Under the pieces are notes generated by a model. That model saw only the letters and a program-made list of their open reading frames with translations. It was not told the origin of the DNA and did not search any database. Shown piece by piece: positions 31,095 through 40,255 of a DNA stretch of 64,000 nt. The position numbers and the translations under genes are program-made. This DNA comes from Ignavibacteriota bacterium (lineage in GTDB: Bacteria > Bacteroidota > Ignavibacteria > UBA10030), in assembly GCA_963769605.1 (NCBI GenBank), contig CAVYML010000009.1, positions 12,579 through 76,578 on the forward strand, in the 5' to 3' direction. Positions within the stretch are counted from its first letter, which is position 1, and each line of letters opens with the position of its first letter.

Positions 31095-32911
31095 GAAGTT
31101 TTCTTCTTCGGGGTTTCCGGATTTTCTTTTTCTAATTTTTCTTTAATGACCATGGCCAGCAGCATATTTACAAGCGAGCCGCCGCCATCGGCGCCGGCAG
31201 CGCCGCCTGCAATAATTTCCGGGACTAATTTCTGGCCGCTTGTCGAAAGATGTCTGGCAACTTCAATGGCAGCATAATTCCCGGACTCCATCGACTGGAT
31301 TTTTTGCCTGATCACATCTGCTTCAGCCATTCCGACCGCTTTGATTTTTTCTCCTTCCGCCATACCGACGGTCTTCAGCACCATCGCATCGGCATCGGCA
31401 TTGACGGTTTTGGATTTCGCTTCGCCTTCGGCCTTTTTAACCGCTGCCTGAGCTTCATATTCGTTGATTTGAACTTTCCGTTCTGCGTCGACGACCCGTG
31501 CTTGTGTATCCGCAAGCGATTTGGCTTGCTGCAGGTCTTTGCGGACACCTTCCGCCTCGCGCTGCGTCTGGTATGTCACTTTTTCCTGCTCTGCAATCTT
31601 GCGATCCGTTAAAGTCTTCATAAGATCTTCAGGCGGTACGATGTCTCCGATAAGCGTATCGACCGCGCCGACGTTGTAATCTTCAAGAGCCTTGGAAATA
31701 CTTTCTCTTGCATCTTCCTGGCGTTCTTTTCTTCCTTTGAGAAATTCTATAACGTCCGATCCCTGCGCAGCATTGCGGAAATAGTTGCCGATGGTCGGCT
31801 CCAAAACCTGTGTAACTAAATTCGCCACGCTTCCGAAACGTGCAATAACTTTGGGCGCGTCCGTGCGGGGAATATGGATAATCTGACTGACATCGAGATT
31901 GAACTTAAAACCGTCGGAAGAACGCACCGTAATGGTCGAAAGTTTTTCATCGAGCTTGTGCGCTTCCGTTTTCCCGGTTGCCCAATTCAGCACGACATTC
32001 GCTGTGGGCACGATTTCGACTTTATGCGTAAACGGATTGATAGGATATTTGCCCGGATCTAAAGGTTCGACCCAGACGCCTTTCTGACCTCGAATCACTA
32101 AATTTCCGTGCTTAAATGCATCGCCGGTGACATCGACGCCTGTTTCGCCTACATATGCTATCACGACTCCGACATTGGCAATCGGCACAGTGGTCATATC
32201 CATCGATTCAACGGTGGCGAACCGTGGATTGATAAAATATCTGCCGGCGAGCATCACCTGCTCCTGAAGCCCCTTGAAACCGCCGCCGTCGATGAAGGCC
32301 TGAGCATCCTGAAACATGTTATGACCGGGAATTTCCTTGCCGGCAATTTCGTCTTTCGCAAGCGCTTTGCCTTCTTTCGTCGTTACCACGCCGACCTTGT
32401 TGTCCGGAATTTCAAGAACTGTTTCTTCGACGACCGAGAAAATAGACGAGTTAATTCTGTATGTCCCCGGCGGAATCACCGTTATCTGGGGTCCTCGTTC
32501 GCCTCCATTTGTAAGGAATCCTCTTGCATTTTGGAACGCATCACACTCGACGCGCCTGGCAAGGACCCTGCCGTCCTTTAACGGACGCCCGTCTTTTGCT
32601 TCGACGATGCCGATATATCCTTCTTTAATCGTCCTGAATTTTTCGAGCGAAATGTTGTACTGCCACGGCCAGAGCCAAAAATGGAGGCCCGGCGCAAGCG
32701 TATCGGCCTGATAACCGGCTTCGCCGTTGAGGGCAATAATCGCTCCGTCGGGAAGCGTTCGATGTGAGCCGAAGATGACGAATCTTTTATTGACGATGCC
32801 GATTGCATCATTGGGAATAATAATTATTCCGAAAAAGCGCAGCACCAATTTGTAACAAAAAATGATGAGGACGATTAAAACAATCCATAAATAACCGAGC
32901 ATCGTTTCCAT
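31091..32911 (-). CDS. SPFH/Band-7 flotillin-like protein
   Basis: 606 aa with N-terminal TM helix, SPFH domain, coiled coil with EA-rich repeats (EAQAAVKKAEGEAK) and a basic tail. Confidence 0.75.
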   Translation of the reverse strand: METMLGYLWIVLIVLIIFCYKLVLRFFGIIIIPNDAIGIVNKRFVIFGSHRTLPDGAIIALNGEAGYQADTLAPGLHFWLWPWQYNISLEKFRTIKEGYIGIVEAKDGRPLKDGRVLARRVECDAFQNARGFLTNGGERGPQITVIPPGTYRINSSIFSVVEETVLEIPDNKVGVVTTKEGKALAKDEIAGKEIPGHNMFQDAQAFIDGGGFKGLQEQVMLAGRYFINPRFATVESMDMTTVPIANVGVVIAYVGETGVDVTGDAFKHGNLVIRGQKGVWVEPLDPGKYPINPFTHKVEIVPTANVVLNWATGKTEAHKLDEKLSTITVRSSDGFKFNLDVSQIIHIPRTDAPKVIARFGSVANLVTQVLEPTIGNYFRNAAQGSDVIEFLKGRKERQEDARESISKALEDYNVGAVDTLIGDIVPPEDLMKTLTDRKIAEQEKVTYQTQREAEGVRKDLQQAKSLADTQARVVDAERKVQINEYEAQAAVKKAEGEAKSKTVNADADAMVLKTVGMAEGEKIKAVGMAEADVIRQKIQSMESGNYAAIEVARHLSTSGQKLVPEIIAGGAAGADGGGSLVNMLLAMVIKEKLEKENPETPKKKTS

Positions 32912-32940
32912 AAGAACCTCCTCTTGAAATATGATTTAAG

Positions 32941-33498
32941 TTATTTCCCGTGTTGTTGATTTTGAACGCTGTTGGGATTTTCTTCATCTTCCTGCCATTT
33001 CAAAGGATTATGAATAATATAATCCCGAATTTTGTTCAAAGAATCGTCGTTCCGGATGATGTGTTCATAATAATTCTTTTGCCAAACAGGAATTCCAGGT
33101 ATTGCACGATATTCATTAATCCGTTTTGTAGCGGCCGCTTTGAATAAACGAACGATGGTTGGTATCGAATTGGATGTTGGTTTGCCAAATTGTTCTTTCG
33201 TAGGGGCACGTTGCAACGTGCCCCTACATTCTATCAAAACAATAATGCCATGAATATGATTTGGCATTATCACAAACGAATCCAATTCAACCTCTGGACG
33301 GATATCTTTCGTTTTATACCATTCTTCCTGCACAATCTTACCAATCTTATTCAACTGCATCTCTTCTTGCATAATTTCCCCGAACAGACATTTCTTTTCA
33401 TGCGTGCATATTGTTATAAAATATGCACCTGGCGACGAATAACTATATTCTTTTAAACGTATAGATTTACGATGATGAATTGCCGGATCGTATTTCAT
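32941..33498 (-). CDS. REP-associated tyrosine transposase (RAYT, IS200/IS605 TnpA-like)
   Basis: HuH motif MPNHIHGII and catalytic Tyr region YIIHNP. Flanked by GTAG/CTAC-type REP palindromes and contains an internal 28-bp perfect palindrome at 33200..33227. Confidence 0.8.
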   Translation of the reverse strand: MKYDPAIHHRKSIRLKEYSYSSPGAYFITICTHEKKCLFGEIMQEEMQLNKIGKIVQEEWYKTKDIRPEVELDSFVIMPNHIHGIIVLIECRGTLQRAPTKEQFGKPTSNSIPTIVRLFKAAATKRINEYRAIPGIPVWQKNYYEHIIRNDDSLNKIRDYIIHNPLKWQEDEENPNSVQNQQHGK

Positions 33499-33515
33499 TT
33501 GGCTTCACCTTCGGT

Positions 33516-33539
33516 GGGACACACGCCGTGTGTCCCTAC
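33516..33539. repeat. REP palindrome, family 1 (GGGACACACG CCGTGTGTCCC + TAC)
   Basis: Perfect 11-bp inverted repeat with CTAC tail, 18 bp upstream of the RAYT start. Confidence 0.7.
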
Positions 33540-33568
33540 AAAATTGTTTGAAAATTGCCGTTTAAAAT

Positions 33569-35419
33569 TCATTTTATTCCCGGTCCTAAGACAATATCCA
33601 TTGTCAATGCAGACGGAACTTTAGATTTCATTCTCACGTCTATCGTAATCGCTGTTATAAATATTTGCATCCGCAAATTTCCGTGTTCAACGGACAGCTG
33701 CATGGAGTCCTCGGGGGGCAGGATGTTTACATATTCACGTAGATCCGGCAGGCTGCAGAGAAGCGAGATTCGGTCTTTCAGATCGACAGAAAAGCTGCTG
33801 CCTGCACCGGAAACCGGCATAAACAATATCTTTGCAGTATCCAGCGAAATATTCCAGCGGTCATTCCCGAAATCGATTTTAAATTTTTTCTTTGCCCGGT
33901 TGACTGTAATATTTTTTGCCAAATAACGATAGCCCTCCAGCGGAACGACAACCATAGAATCGCTCCGGAATGTATACGTCCTTGTACGTTCATTGCTGTC
34001 CGAGCCTTCCCACACATCCACATAAGGCACGCCAAGAAGCTGCGCAATGCGTCTTGGGTTATCATTCCGGTTGTACCATCCGTTTCGAGAGTGATTCGCG
34101 CATACAGTATCGATTCGTTCTGCAAACCACGGCTGAAGGACTTCTACACCGTGCGTTTTCGTCAGATAGCGGGTCAGAGCGCTGATACGCTTGACATCCG
34201 CAAAAGGAATTTCATTTTTCGCTTTATGCGCTTTACCGTTCATTAAGAGATTATTCTTTGTCAGAATTTGTTCAAGCCGCTGCATTTGATTGTTTTTGGA
34301 AATGCTGAAAGCTCCCCACGGACCGAATGAGACCAGCAATGCAATGGCACATAAACTGAGAGGAATCAATTTTATGCTTTTCGTTTTACTCAGAAGAAAA
34401 TAGAGTGAGATTGCTGCGAGCCATAATCCCAGGACGATGATAAAATACCGCAATTCGGTAATGCCGTAATCTGAAATACGCCGCCAGACCGCCAGCAGAA
34501 GCAGTGCGGTCAGTGGAAGAACGAAAACATAGAACCAGCGCCACGCTGCAGACATCCAGGCATTTTCCCTGCGATCTTTAATGGGATGAATAAGCAGGAG
34601 CGAAAATATTCCTGTCGTTGAAAAGCCGAGCACGAGATAGCCCACCCAGCCTTTGGGCCAGTCCCATTGAATTATAATCTTCCCCATATATGCATAGAGA
34701 ATGCAAAGGTACACTGCAACGAGCGGAATCATGACGTACTGCGTAAAGACTTTCAATCCTTTAGGATAGTTTACGTCCGTATCCGATGCATTGGCACCGC
34801 GGGGAATGCCGCTGAGAAAAAACCATGTATTGAAGAGTCCGGCGAGAAGCCACCAGAGCTGAAAATAACGTTCTCCCCTTATTTCGACGGCAAACAATTG
34901 GTTGACGGCCAACAGGGCGACAGCCATACCCGTATAGAGCACGGTAGTATAAAGCGCAGCAGTGACAAAGCGCAGGAAAAGCGTTTTGTTGAATTCCCAG
35001 AATGCGGCAATTCGTCCGCGCTCCATAAACGCCGCGAAAGCAACGAACATGTGTGCCGCAATGATAAAGAGAAAATATCGAATAACATGGATAGATGCCG
35101 ATTCAAAGATATCCCTAGGTAAAAGCAGATAGTATACAATCAGGAGAAACAACGCGCACAGTTTTACAATAAGCGCACGGCTGAAGCTCCATTTCTTATT
35201 TTCTGCAATAAGCTGAAGAGCAATGAAGAAAGAAATGCCGAGGAAAGCGATTGCTGCGGCATTATACAGCCAGCGGATGCCGTAAGATGCATGCATTTCA
35301 TTCTGGACAATAATAATTGCGCTTGCAGTGCCTGCTGCAGCCGATAGAATTGTAAACGGAAAGCGTTTATATGTATCGAATGCTTCTTTCCAGAGCTGAC
35401 GAAGAGACGGTAGTTTCAT
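33569..35419 (-). CDS. Large polytopic membrane protein (DUF4153-like)
   Basis: 616 aa with about 12 TM helices plus a C-terminal soluble domain. Confidence 0.55.
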   Translation of the reverse strand: MKLPSLRQLWKEAFDTYKRFPFTILSAAAGTASAIIIVQNEMHASYGIRWLYNAAAIAFLGISFFIALQLIAENKKWSFSRALIVKLCALFLLIVYYLLLPRDIFESASIHVIRYFLFIIAAHMFVAFAAFMERGRIAAFWEFNKTLFLRFVTAALYTTVLYTGMAVALLAVNQLFAVEIRGERYFQLWWLLAGLFNTWFFLSGIPRGANASDTDVNYPKGLKVFTQYVMIPLVAVYLCILYAYMGKIIIQWDWPKGWVGYLVLGFSTTGIFSLLLIHPIKDRRENAWMSAAWRWFYVFVLPLTALLLLAVWRRISDYGITELRYFIIVLGLWLAAISLYFLLSKTKSIKLIPLSLCAIALLVSFGPWGAFSISKNNQMQRLEQILTKNNLLMNGKAHKAKNEIPFADVKRISALTRYLTKTHGVEVLQPWFAERIDTVCANHSRNGWYNRNDNPRRIAQLLGVPYVDVWEGSDSNERTRTYTFRSDSMVVVPLEGYRYLAKNITVNRAKKKFKIDFGNDRWNISLDTAKILFMPVSGAGSSFSVDLKDRISLLCSLPDLREYVNILPPEDSMQLSVEHGNLRMQIFITAITIDVRMKSKVPSALTMDIVLGPGIK

Positions 35420-35421
35420 TT

Positions 35422-35736
35422 TTAGGCTTCCTTTTTATTACGAACAATTTGCATACTCTCCGAAGGCGCTTCCGGCCCAAGCAGCACGGCAATGCATCGT
35501 GTCTCTTTATTATTCTCGAATGCAAATTTCAGAGTCATGGTAAACGGCACACACAAAACCATACCGATAAGGCCAAGGCTGGGGATATAGTTGAATAAAA
35601 ATGCAATGAAACCCCAGAGAACTGGAAACAACACAAGAAAAGACTGCGCCTGATAGATGCCCCAGATAATTACAACAAATGCGGCGGCGGTAAAAAGGAA
35701 GCTTGTTCCATGTTTAATATTTTTCTGATCTGTCAT
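35422..35736 (-). CDS. Small membrane protein
   Basis: 104 aa with 3 TM helices; 2-bp gap to the downstream gene, so an operon. Confidence 0.5.
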   Translation of the reverse strand: MTDQKNIKHGTSFLFTAAAFVVIIWGIYQAQSFLVLFPVLWGFIAFLFNYIPSLGLIGMVLCVPFTMTLKFAFENNKETRCIAVLLGPEAPSESMQIVRNKKEA

Positions 35737-35858
35737 AATTTTTCCGTTTGCAGCTTGGTACTTTTTTACTGCTGTCTTTTAGCTTTCGGTTTTAATCTTA
35801 ACAAACAGAGCGTTCACAATGTAACAATAAGAATCATTATAAGATTATTTTTTCAACT

Positions 35859-36461
35859 TCATCCTTTTTTCCATCGCTGCTCATTACGAACTTTATACAG
35901 CCTTTCCGTAAAACCCCCTTCCTGAACAAATTGCTCTTCGAGCACATGCAACAGCTGGTCCAGCAGGTAGTTTGTTTGGTGAATGACACAGACAATGGTG
36001 TTTGCAGCAACCTCTGCCGGACATTGCTCCACATAGGTCATATAAGTCTTATAAGACCTATTGTTTTCAAAAGCCAGGGCTCTGATTTCTTTTGCTTTAG
36101 AATGCTCTTTTCCCCAAAGCGGCAAATTATGCTGCCGCAAATAGTCGTGATAGTCCAAGAGCAATTCTTCCAAACTTGCCCTTGCAACGCCCACAAGCTT
36201 TAGTTCTGTTTTTTTAGAAGTGCCGGAGGCCATGCTTCCTTCGGCAATATTTTGTTTACCACTCCGGGCTACCTGCACCATTTGATCTACAGTTCTGGAT
36301 CGCTTATCGATAAACCGTTCACAAAATTTTACTGTAGCATCGTACACAATCTCCACCATTTGATACGATTTGAGATTTCGGTATCCTCCATGCGGCGGAA
36401 TTAATCTTTTGTCTTCTGATAACTCCATCTTCTCCCCCTTTGGAATTAATGATTGAAGCAA
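35859..36461 (-). CDS. Four-helix-bundle protein (23S-rRNA IVS-like family) with C-terminal extension
   Basis: KSYQMVEIVYDATVKF...NIAEGSMASGTSKKTELKLVGVARASLEELLLDY matches the four-helix-bundle family. Confidence 0.7.
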   Translation of the reverse strand: MLQSLIPKGEKMELSEDKRLIPPHGGYRNLKSYQMVEIVYDATVKFCERFIDKRSRTVDQMVQVARSGKQNIAEGSMASGTSKKTELKLVGVARASLEELLLDYHDYLRQHNLPLWGKEHSKAKEIRALAFENNRSYKTYMTYVEQCPAEVAANTIVCVIHQTNYLLDQLLHVLEEQFVQEGGFTERLYKVRNEQRWKKG

Positions 36462-36475
36462 AAATTTTAATTATT

Positions 36476-37054
36476 CTATTTTTTCGGACGTGATTCGGGG
36501 GGAATCATTCCGTTGACGCGATAATACACTACCAACTGCCCGTAATGTTCGCCTGCATGTTCAAGCGTACCCAGCCAGCCGAACCATGCATGAATCATAA
36601 TATTGGCCCACGGATATTTAATCTCGCGCGTCAATCCGCTGTCCCCCTGCGCTTTGATCAACTCTGCGCCGTCGGCGACTGCCTGCTTTATAAGCTTTAC
36701 AATGTCGGATTTTGTCGTGTACTTTTTCTTCAAGGAATCCTCGTTCCCGCCGAACTCCATCGTTTTCCCTCCGATCGCGCTCATCATGACATACTCGTCT
36801 CCGGCAACATGAATAAGACTTTCTCCGAACGTCCGTTGATCCTTCTGTGCTTTAAATCCGTACTTATCCTCCGGAAAATCTTCCGCCATAGCGACCAATT
36901 TTCTACCGATATCGTTCCATGCCCATAACATTTCATGAGATGGACTATTAACAGGTCTGGGAGGTTCGACCGGTTTATTCGCTTGACCCGAAGCAAATGT
37001 AACGAACAGCACCGCGAGTCCGGAAAACATGAGAGCAGAAATAAATTTAGACAT
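36476..37054 (-). CDS. DinB/YfiT-like (DinB_2) superfamily protein, secreted
   Basis: Signal peptide; His triad context HVAGDEY...HAGEHYGQL. Confidence 0.65.
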   Translation of the reverse strand: MSKFISALMFSGLAVLFVTFASGQANKPVEPPRPVNSPSHEMLWAWNDIGRKLVAMAEDFPEDKYGFKAQKDQRTFGESLIHVAGDEYVMMSAIGGKTMEFGGNEDSLKKKYTTKSDIVKLIKQAVADGAELIKAQGDSGLTREIKYPWANIMIHAWFGWLGTLEHAGEHYGQLVVYYRVNGMIPPESRPKK

Positions 37055-37407
37055 GAGATAATCCTTTCTTAAGAGAGGTGATTTATTTATGATTGCCTTC
37101 GAGTATTTCGGAATAATACAGATTATTGGATTCTAAGGATTTTTTTGATCAAAAACCGCAATACTCCTTGCAATCGTGATCGCGTTTTTTATGTGAGGAC
37201 CCTTAGATTCACACTTTACAAGATGGATGGAGATAAACTGAATACTCTATAATATTACCAAACTGTCGGACACCTTCGCAAAGTGTCACTGCTGTTGGAC
37301 TTGATCTTTGGAACTTTTGTGTTGAAGAATTCGTCTCTTAACAATTAAACCTGTTGCATTATTCACAGGTCTAATGAATAGCAACAAACAATATGCGTGG
37401 AGCAGTT

Positions 37408-37848
37408 ATGACGCACAAAATTATTTCATTCGCCATTCTTCTTATGGCTCTCGGCCTCTTCGGATGCGCCTCCGGCGGTTATACACGAATTGCCAAAGAT
37501 CATTCTATGCAGCGCGACACTCTCAGGAGAATGTCGCAGCAGGATGTCATAAATATGTCGAAAGCCGGCGTGAGCGACAGCCTGATTATCGTCATGATGG
37601 ATGCAACAAACACCTGGTTCCATTTGAAGTCCCAGGACGTTATCGATCTAAAAAATGCCGGCGTGAGCGAGAAGGTGATTGCTGCTATGATGCAGCCGCC
37701 AAGCCCGCCATCAAACCAATCGGGCAATTCAAATACAGTGATGTACTACGCTTATCCGCCCTATTATTGGTATGACGGATATTATCCATATTGGTATTAT
37801 CCAGGAGTTTCCGTGAGAGCAGGCATTCGCGGCGGCTTTCATCATTGA
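37408..37848 (+). CDS. Lipoprotein with internal tandem repeat and Tyr/Pro-rich C-terminus
   Basis: Lipobox LFGCASG. Repeats DVINMSKAGVSDSLIIVMM and DVIDLKNAGVSEKVIAAMM. Tail YYAYPPYYWYDGYYPYWYYPG. Confidence 0.6.
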   Translation: MTHKIISFAILLMALGLFGCASGGYTRIAKDHSMQRDTLRRMSQQDVINMSKAGVSDSLIIVMMDATNTWFHLKSQDVIDLKNAGVSEKVIAAMMQPPSPPSNQSGNSNTVMYYAYPPYYWYDGYYPYWYYPGVSVRAGIRGGFHH

Positions 37849-37894
37849 CAGTTCCATGAACAGATATCTTCAGATCTGACTGGAACACAAAAAA

Positions 37895-37928
37895 GGGGAT
37901 GCGCATTTTTGTCAAGATGCGCATCCCC
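37895..37928. terminator. Perfect 12-bp-stem hairpin (GGGGATGCGCAT...ATGCGCATCCCC), bidirectional terminator candidate
   Basis: Preceded by an A-run and followed by GCCGAATT; lies between the lipoprotein gene and the DoxX operon. Confidence 0.6.
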
Positions 37929-38363
37929 GCCGAATTATCTCGTTTTCATTTTTCTGGAAACGAAGACAGTTGGTGGTATTGTTTAAATCACCAGACTGTC
38001 AAACAAGGCTCTCAAGCAAGCGCCTGTCAAGCTGCATTTTTGATAGGCGCTTGAGAGCAAAAGAAGGAACTTTATGTCAAGCATATTTCTAAAAATAGTT
38101 TTAAATTTCTGCCGCTTCTTTTATACTCCACATTACATCGCTTCATTTTCGAACCAATCAATGCAGATTTCAAAACACTTAGCCTTTGCTTTAACTTTTT
38201 TCGCTCGCATATTAGCATTCTTCCCGCTTGCACCGCATTATTCGGCGCTCATATTAACGCTCTTTCCGTTTATCTCGCATTACTGCGAAATATTGCTGCG
38301 TCACTCCGGATTCCTGCGTCCCGTCATCAGCATTATTTCAAAATGCTTCATCCTCGCAACGAA

Positions 38364-38858
38364 TCAGTCCGCGCGGCTGTGAAGATCCTTATTCGGCGAT
38401 GTCTTTTTTAGAATGAAAAGTTCATCCAGCGACCACCGGCCTGAGCCGGCAATCAGCAGAAAAATCGATCCAAGAATCATAGACAAATCTACGCGCGCTT
38501 CATGCGCCATTGTCCAAAATCCTTTTTCCATAAGCATCGGAATCTTTGTCGTTGTAATTGCGACAAGCATATCGATAACCAGCGGAAGAGCGGCAAGGCG
38601 TATGTACAAACCAAACAGCACCATGACGCCGCACACTATCTCTACAACACCGACGAAAGGAGCCGTCATTTCCGGTACCGGAATTCCGATCTTTATAAAT
38701 CTGCCGATTCCCAGTGCGTCAGGGAAAAGAAATTTCTGAATACCCTCGGAAAGAAAAACCGTCCCCACTATTATTCTGATAAGAATAATTGCACTCTGAA
38801 CCTTGCCGGTTTCTCTGCGGATATTGAAAGAACGATCGCTTTGAGGCATACTTCCCAA
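38364..38858 (-). CDS. DoxX family membrane protein
   Basis: 164 aa with 4 TM helices and IVGTVFLSEGIQKF. Confidence 0.75.
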   Translation of the reverse strand: MGSMPQSDRSFNIRRETGKVQSAIILIRIIVGTVFLSEGIQKFLFPDALGIGRFIKIGIPVPEMTAPFVGVVEIVCGVMVLFGLYIRLAALPLVIDMLVAITTTKIPMLMEKGFWTMAHEARVDLSMILGSIFLLIAGSGRWSLDELFILKKTSPNKDLHSRAD

Positions 38859-38863
38859 TTCCT

Positions 38864-39616
38864 TTAGATTGTAAGCTGATATCCGATATATCCCGTTATC
38901 GTTGCAGTGCCGGATAAACTATGACCAATTGAAAGCAACAAATGATTTGTCTCGTCGAAATTTATGTATCCGCCGAGATTGAACGATCCGACAGCTTCAG
39001 CATCCGGTGTATTCGTAGTCTGGTAACACAACTCTCCGCCAAGCGTAACGACTTTCGAAAAATCGTATTGCAGCTCCCATCCCGTAAAAATCCAATTCTG
39101 CTGCCCGGGCGCCGGATTATACCAAAACCCTCCTCCGCCGTACGTTGTCCAGTTTCCCCAGCTTTTCTGTATCCAGACAGGAACATAGATCTGAGCTTTT
39201 CCCACGCCTAACTGTTTATTTTCATTCCCTGTGGGAAGTTCGGCTAATGGAAAAATTCCTATTTGCGGCATATTGTCGGTTTCTTCAACAAAGCGGTATT
39301 TAACGCCTATCTCTGTATCGGAGTATCCATATTGTACGTCGTCCAAACTACGTACATATCCAAAGGGAGCGACAAGATGGAGCTGCACGTCCGGAACAAT
39401 ACCGTAATTGATCTCAAAGTGAGGAAGCGTTGCACTCGTTGCATCTTTTTCGAATTGCTGCATAGAAGCGATATAGAATTCCCAATGCTGATAATCCACA
39501 GGCTGCGGATCATCTGTCCTAAAAGGCGGACCGGCAGATGCGTCTGGAGTTGTTGATAAAAGGAATAATATGCCGGTACAACACAATGGAAATGGAAATG
39601 GAAATCGAATTCTCAT
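38864..39616 (-). CDS. Outer-membrane beta-barrel, MetA-pathway/transporter family
   Basis: Signal peptide then PPFRTDDPQPVDYQHWEFY, the conserved N-terminal motif of this family; 5-bp gap to DoxX. Confidence 0.7.
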   Translation of the reverse strand: MRIRFPFPFPLCCTGILFLLSTTPDASAGPPFRTDDPQPVDYQHWEFYIASMQQFEKDATSATLPHFEINYGIVPDVQLHLVAPFGYVRSLDDVQYGYSDTEIGVKYRFVEETDNMPQIGIFPLAELPTGNENKQLGVGKAQIYVPVWIQKSWGNWTTYGGGGFWYNPAPGQQNWIFTGWELQYDFSKVVTLGGELCYQTTNTPDAEAVGSFNLGGYINFDETNHLLLSIGHSLSGTATITGYIGYQLTI

Positions 39617-39759
39617 ATCGTCCAATCCTCGATATCATAGAAAACGCATCAACCGAAAAACCGGTTCCATTGCTCTATGAAATGGTAATTTGCAGCATAC
39701 GCCCGAACACCACCGCGGTCACCCTCCCAAGGCGGGCGAGCCACCCGCGGCTGCAAGGC

Positions 39760-40227
39760 TTATGCTTCTTTCACAGCTGAAAGAATATAATCGGTAACAG
39801 GCGGCTTTAGTCCCTGCAGCCGAATTATTCTGTTCAACTGCGCCCGATGATGAATGGAATGATAATTAATCTGAAGTATCACATCCCGTATCATCGCAGT
39901 GTATTGTTTACCGTCTTTGGGTCTTGGGAACGCGACTCTTTCTTCCAGCGATTCTTCACTGCGGCCTTCGAGAAACGACAGCCATTTGTCGACGCTTTCG
40001 ATCCATCGGGCGCCGAGTTCCTCCGGCGCATACGCCGGACCCGTCCAATTAAGCTGCGAATCATCCACCGCATGTGTAATCCTGTTCAGCCATTTATCCT
40101 GAGCAGTTATAAAATGACCGAAAAGCTTAATCGATTCTTCTTTATCCGGCAGCTGCAAAACGGTCTCGAGGAGTTTTGTGTTCGCCCATTTATTGAATTT
40201 AAAAAAATCGATAAGGTATTGTTTCAT
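39760..40227 (-). CDS. DinB family protein
   Basis: HFITAQDKWL and YHSIHHRAQ motifs of the DinB/YfiT four-helix-bundle metal-binding fold. Confidence 0.75.
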   Translation of the reverse strand: MKQYLIDFFKFNKWANTKLLETVLQLPDKEESIKLFGHFITAQDKWLNRITHAVDDSQLNWTGPAYAPEELGARWIESVDKWLSFLEGRSEESLEERVAFPRPKDGKQYTAMIRDVILQINYHSIHHRAQLNRIIRLQGLKPPVTDYILSAVKEA

Positions 40228-40255
40228 TGTCAGCATATCGTCTCCTTGCTGTTTG

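Noticed and set aside
38074-38382. Listed 102-aa plus-strand ORF
   Set aside because: It lies in a repeat-rich intergenic region; the translation is dominated by F/L/I/S with no start context or RBS, so it is likely non-coding.
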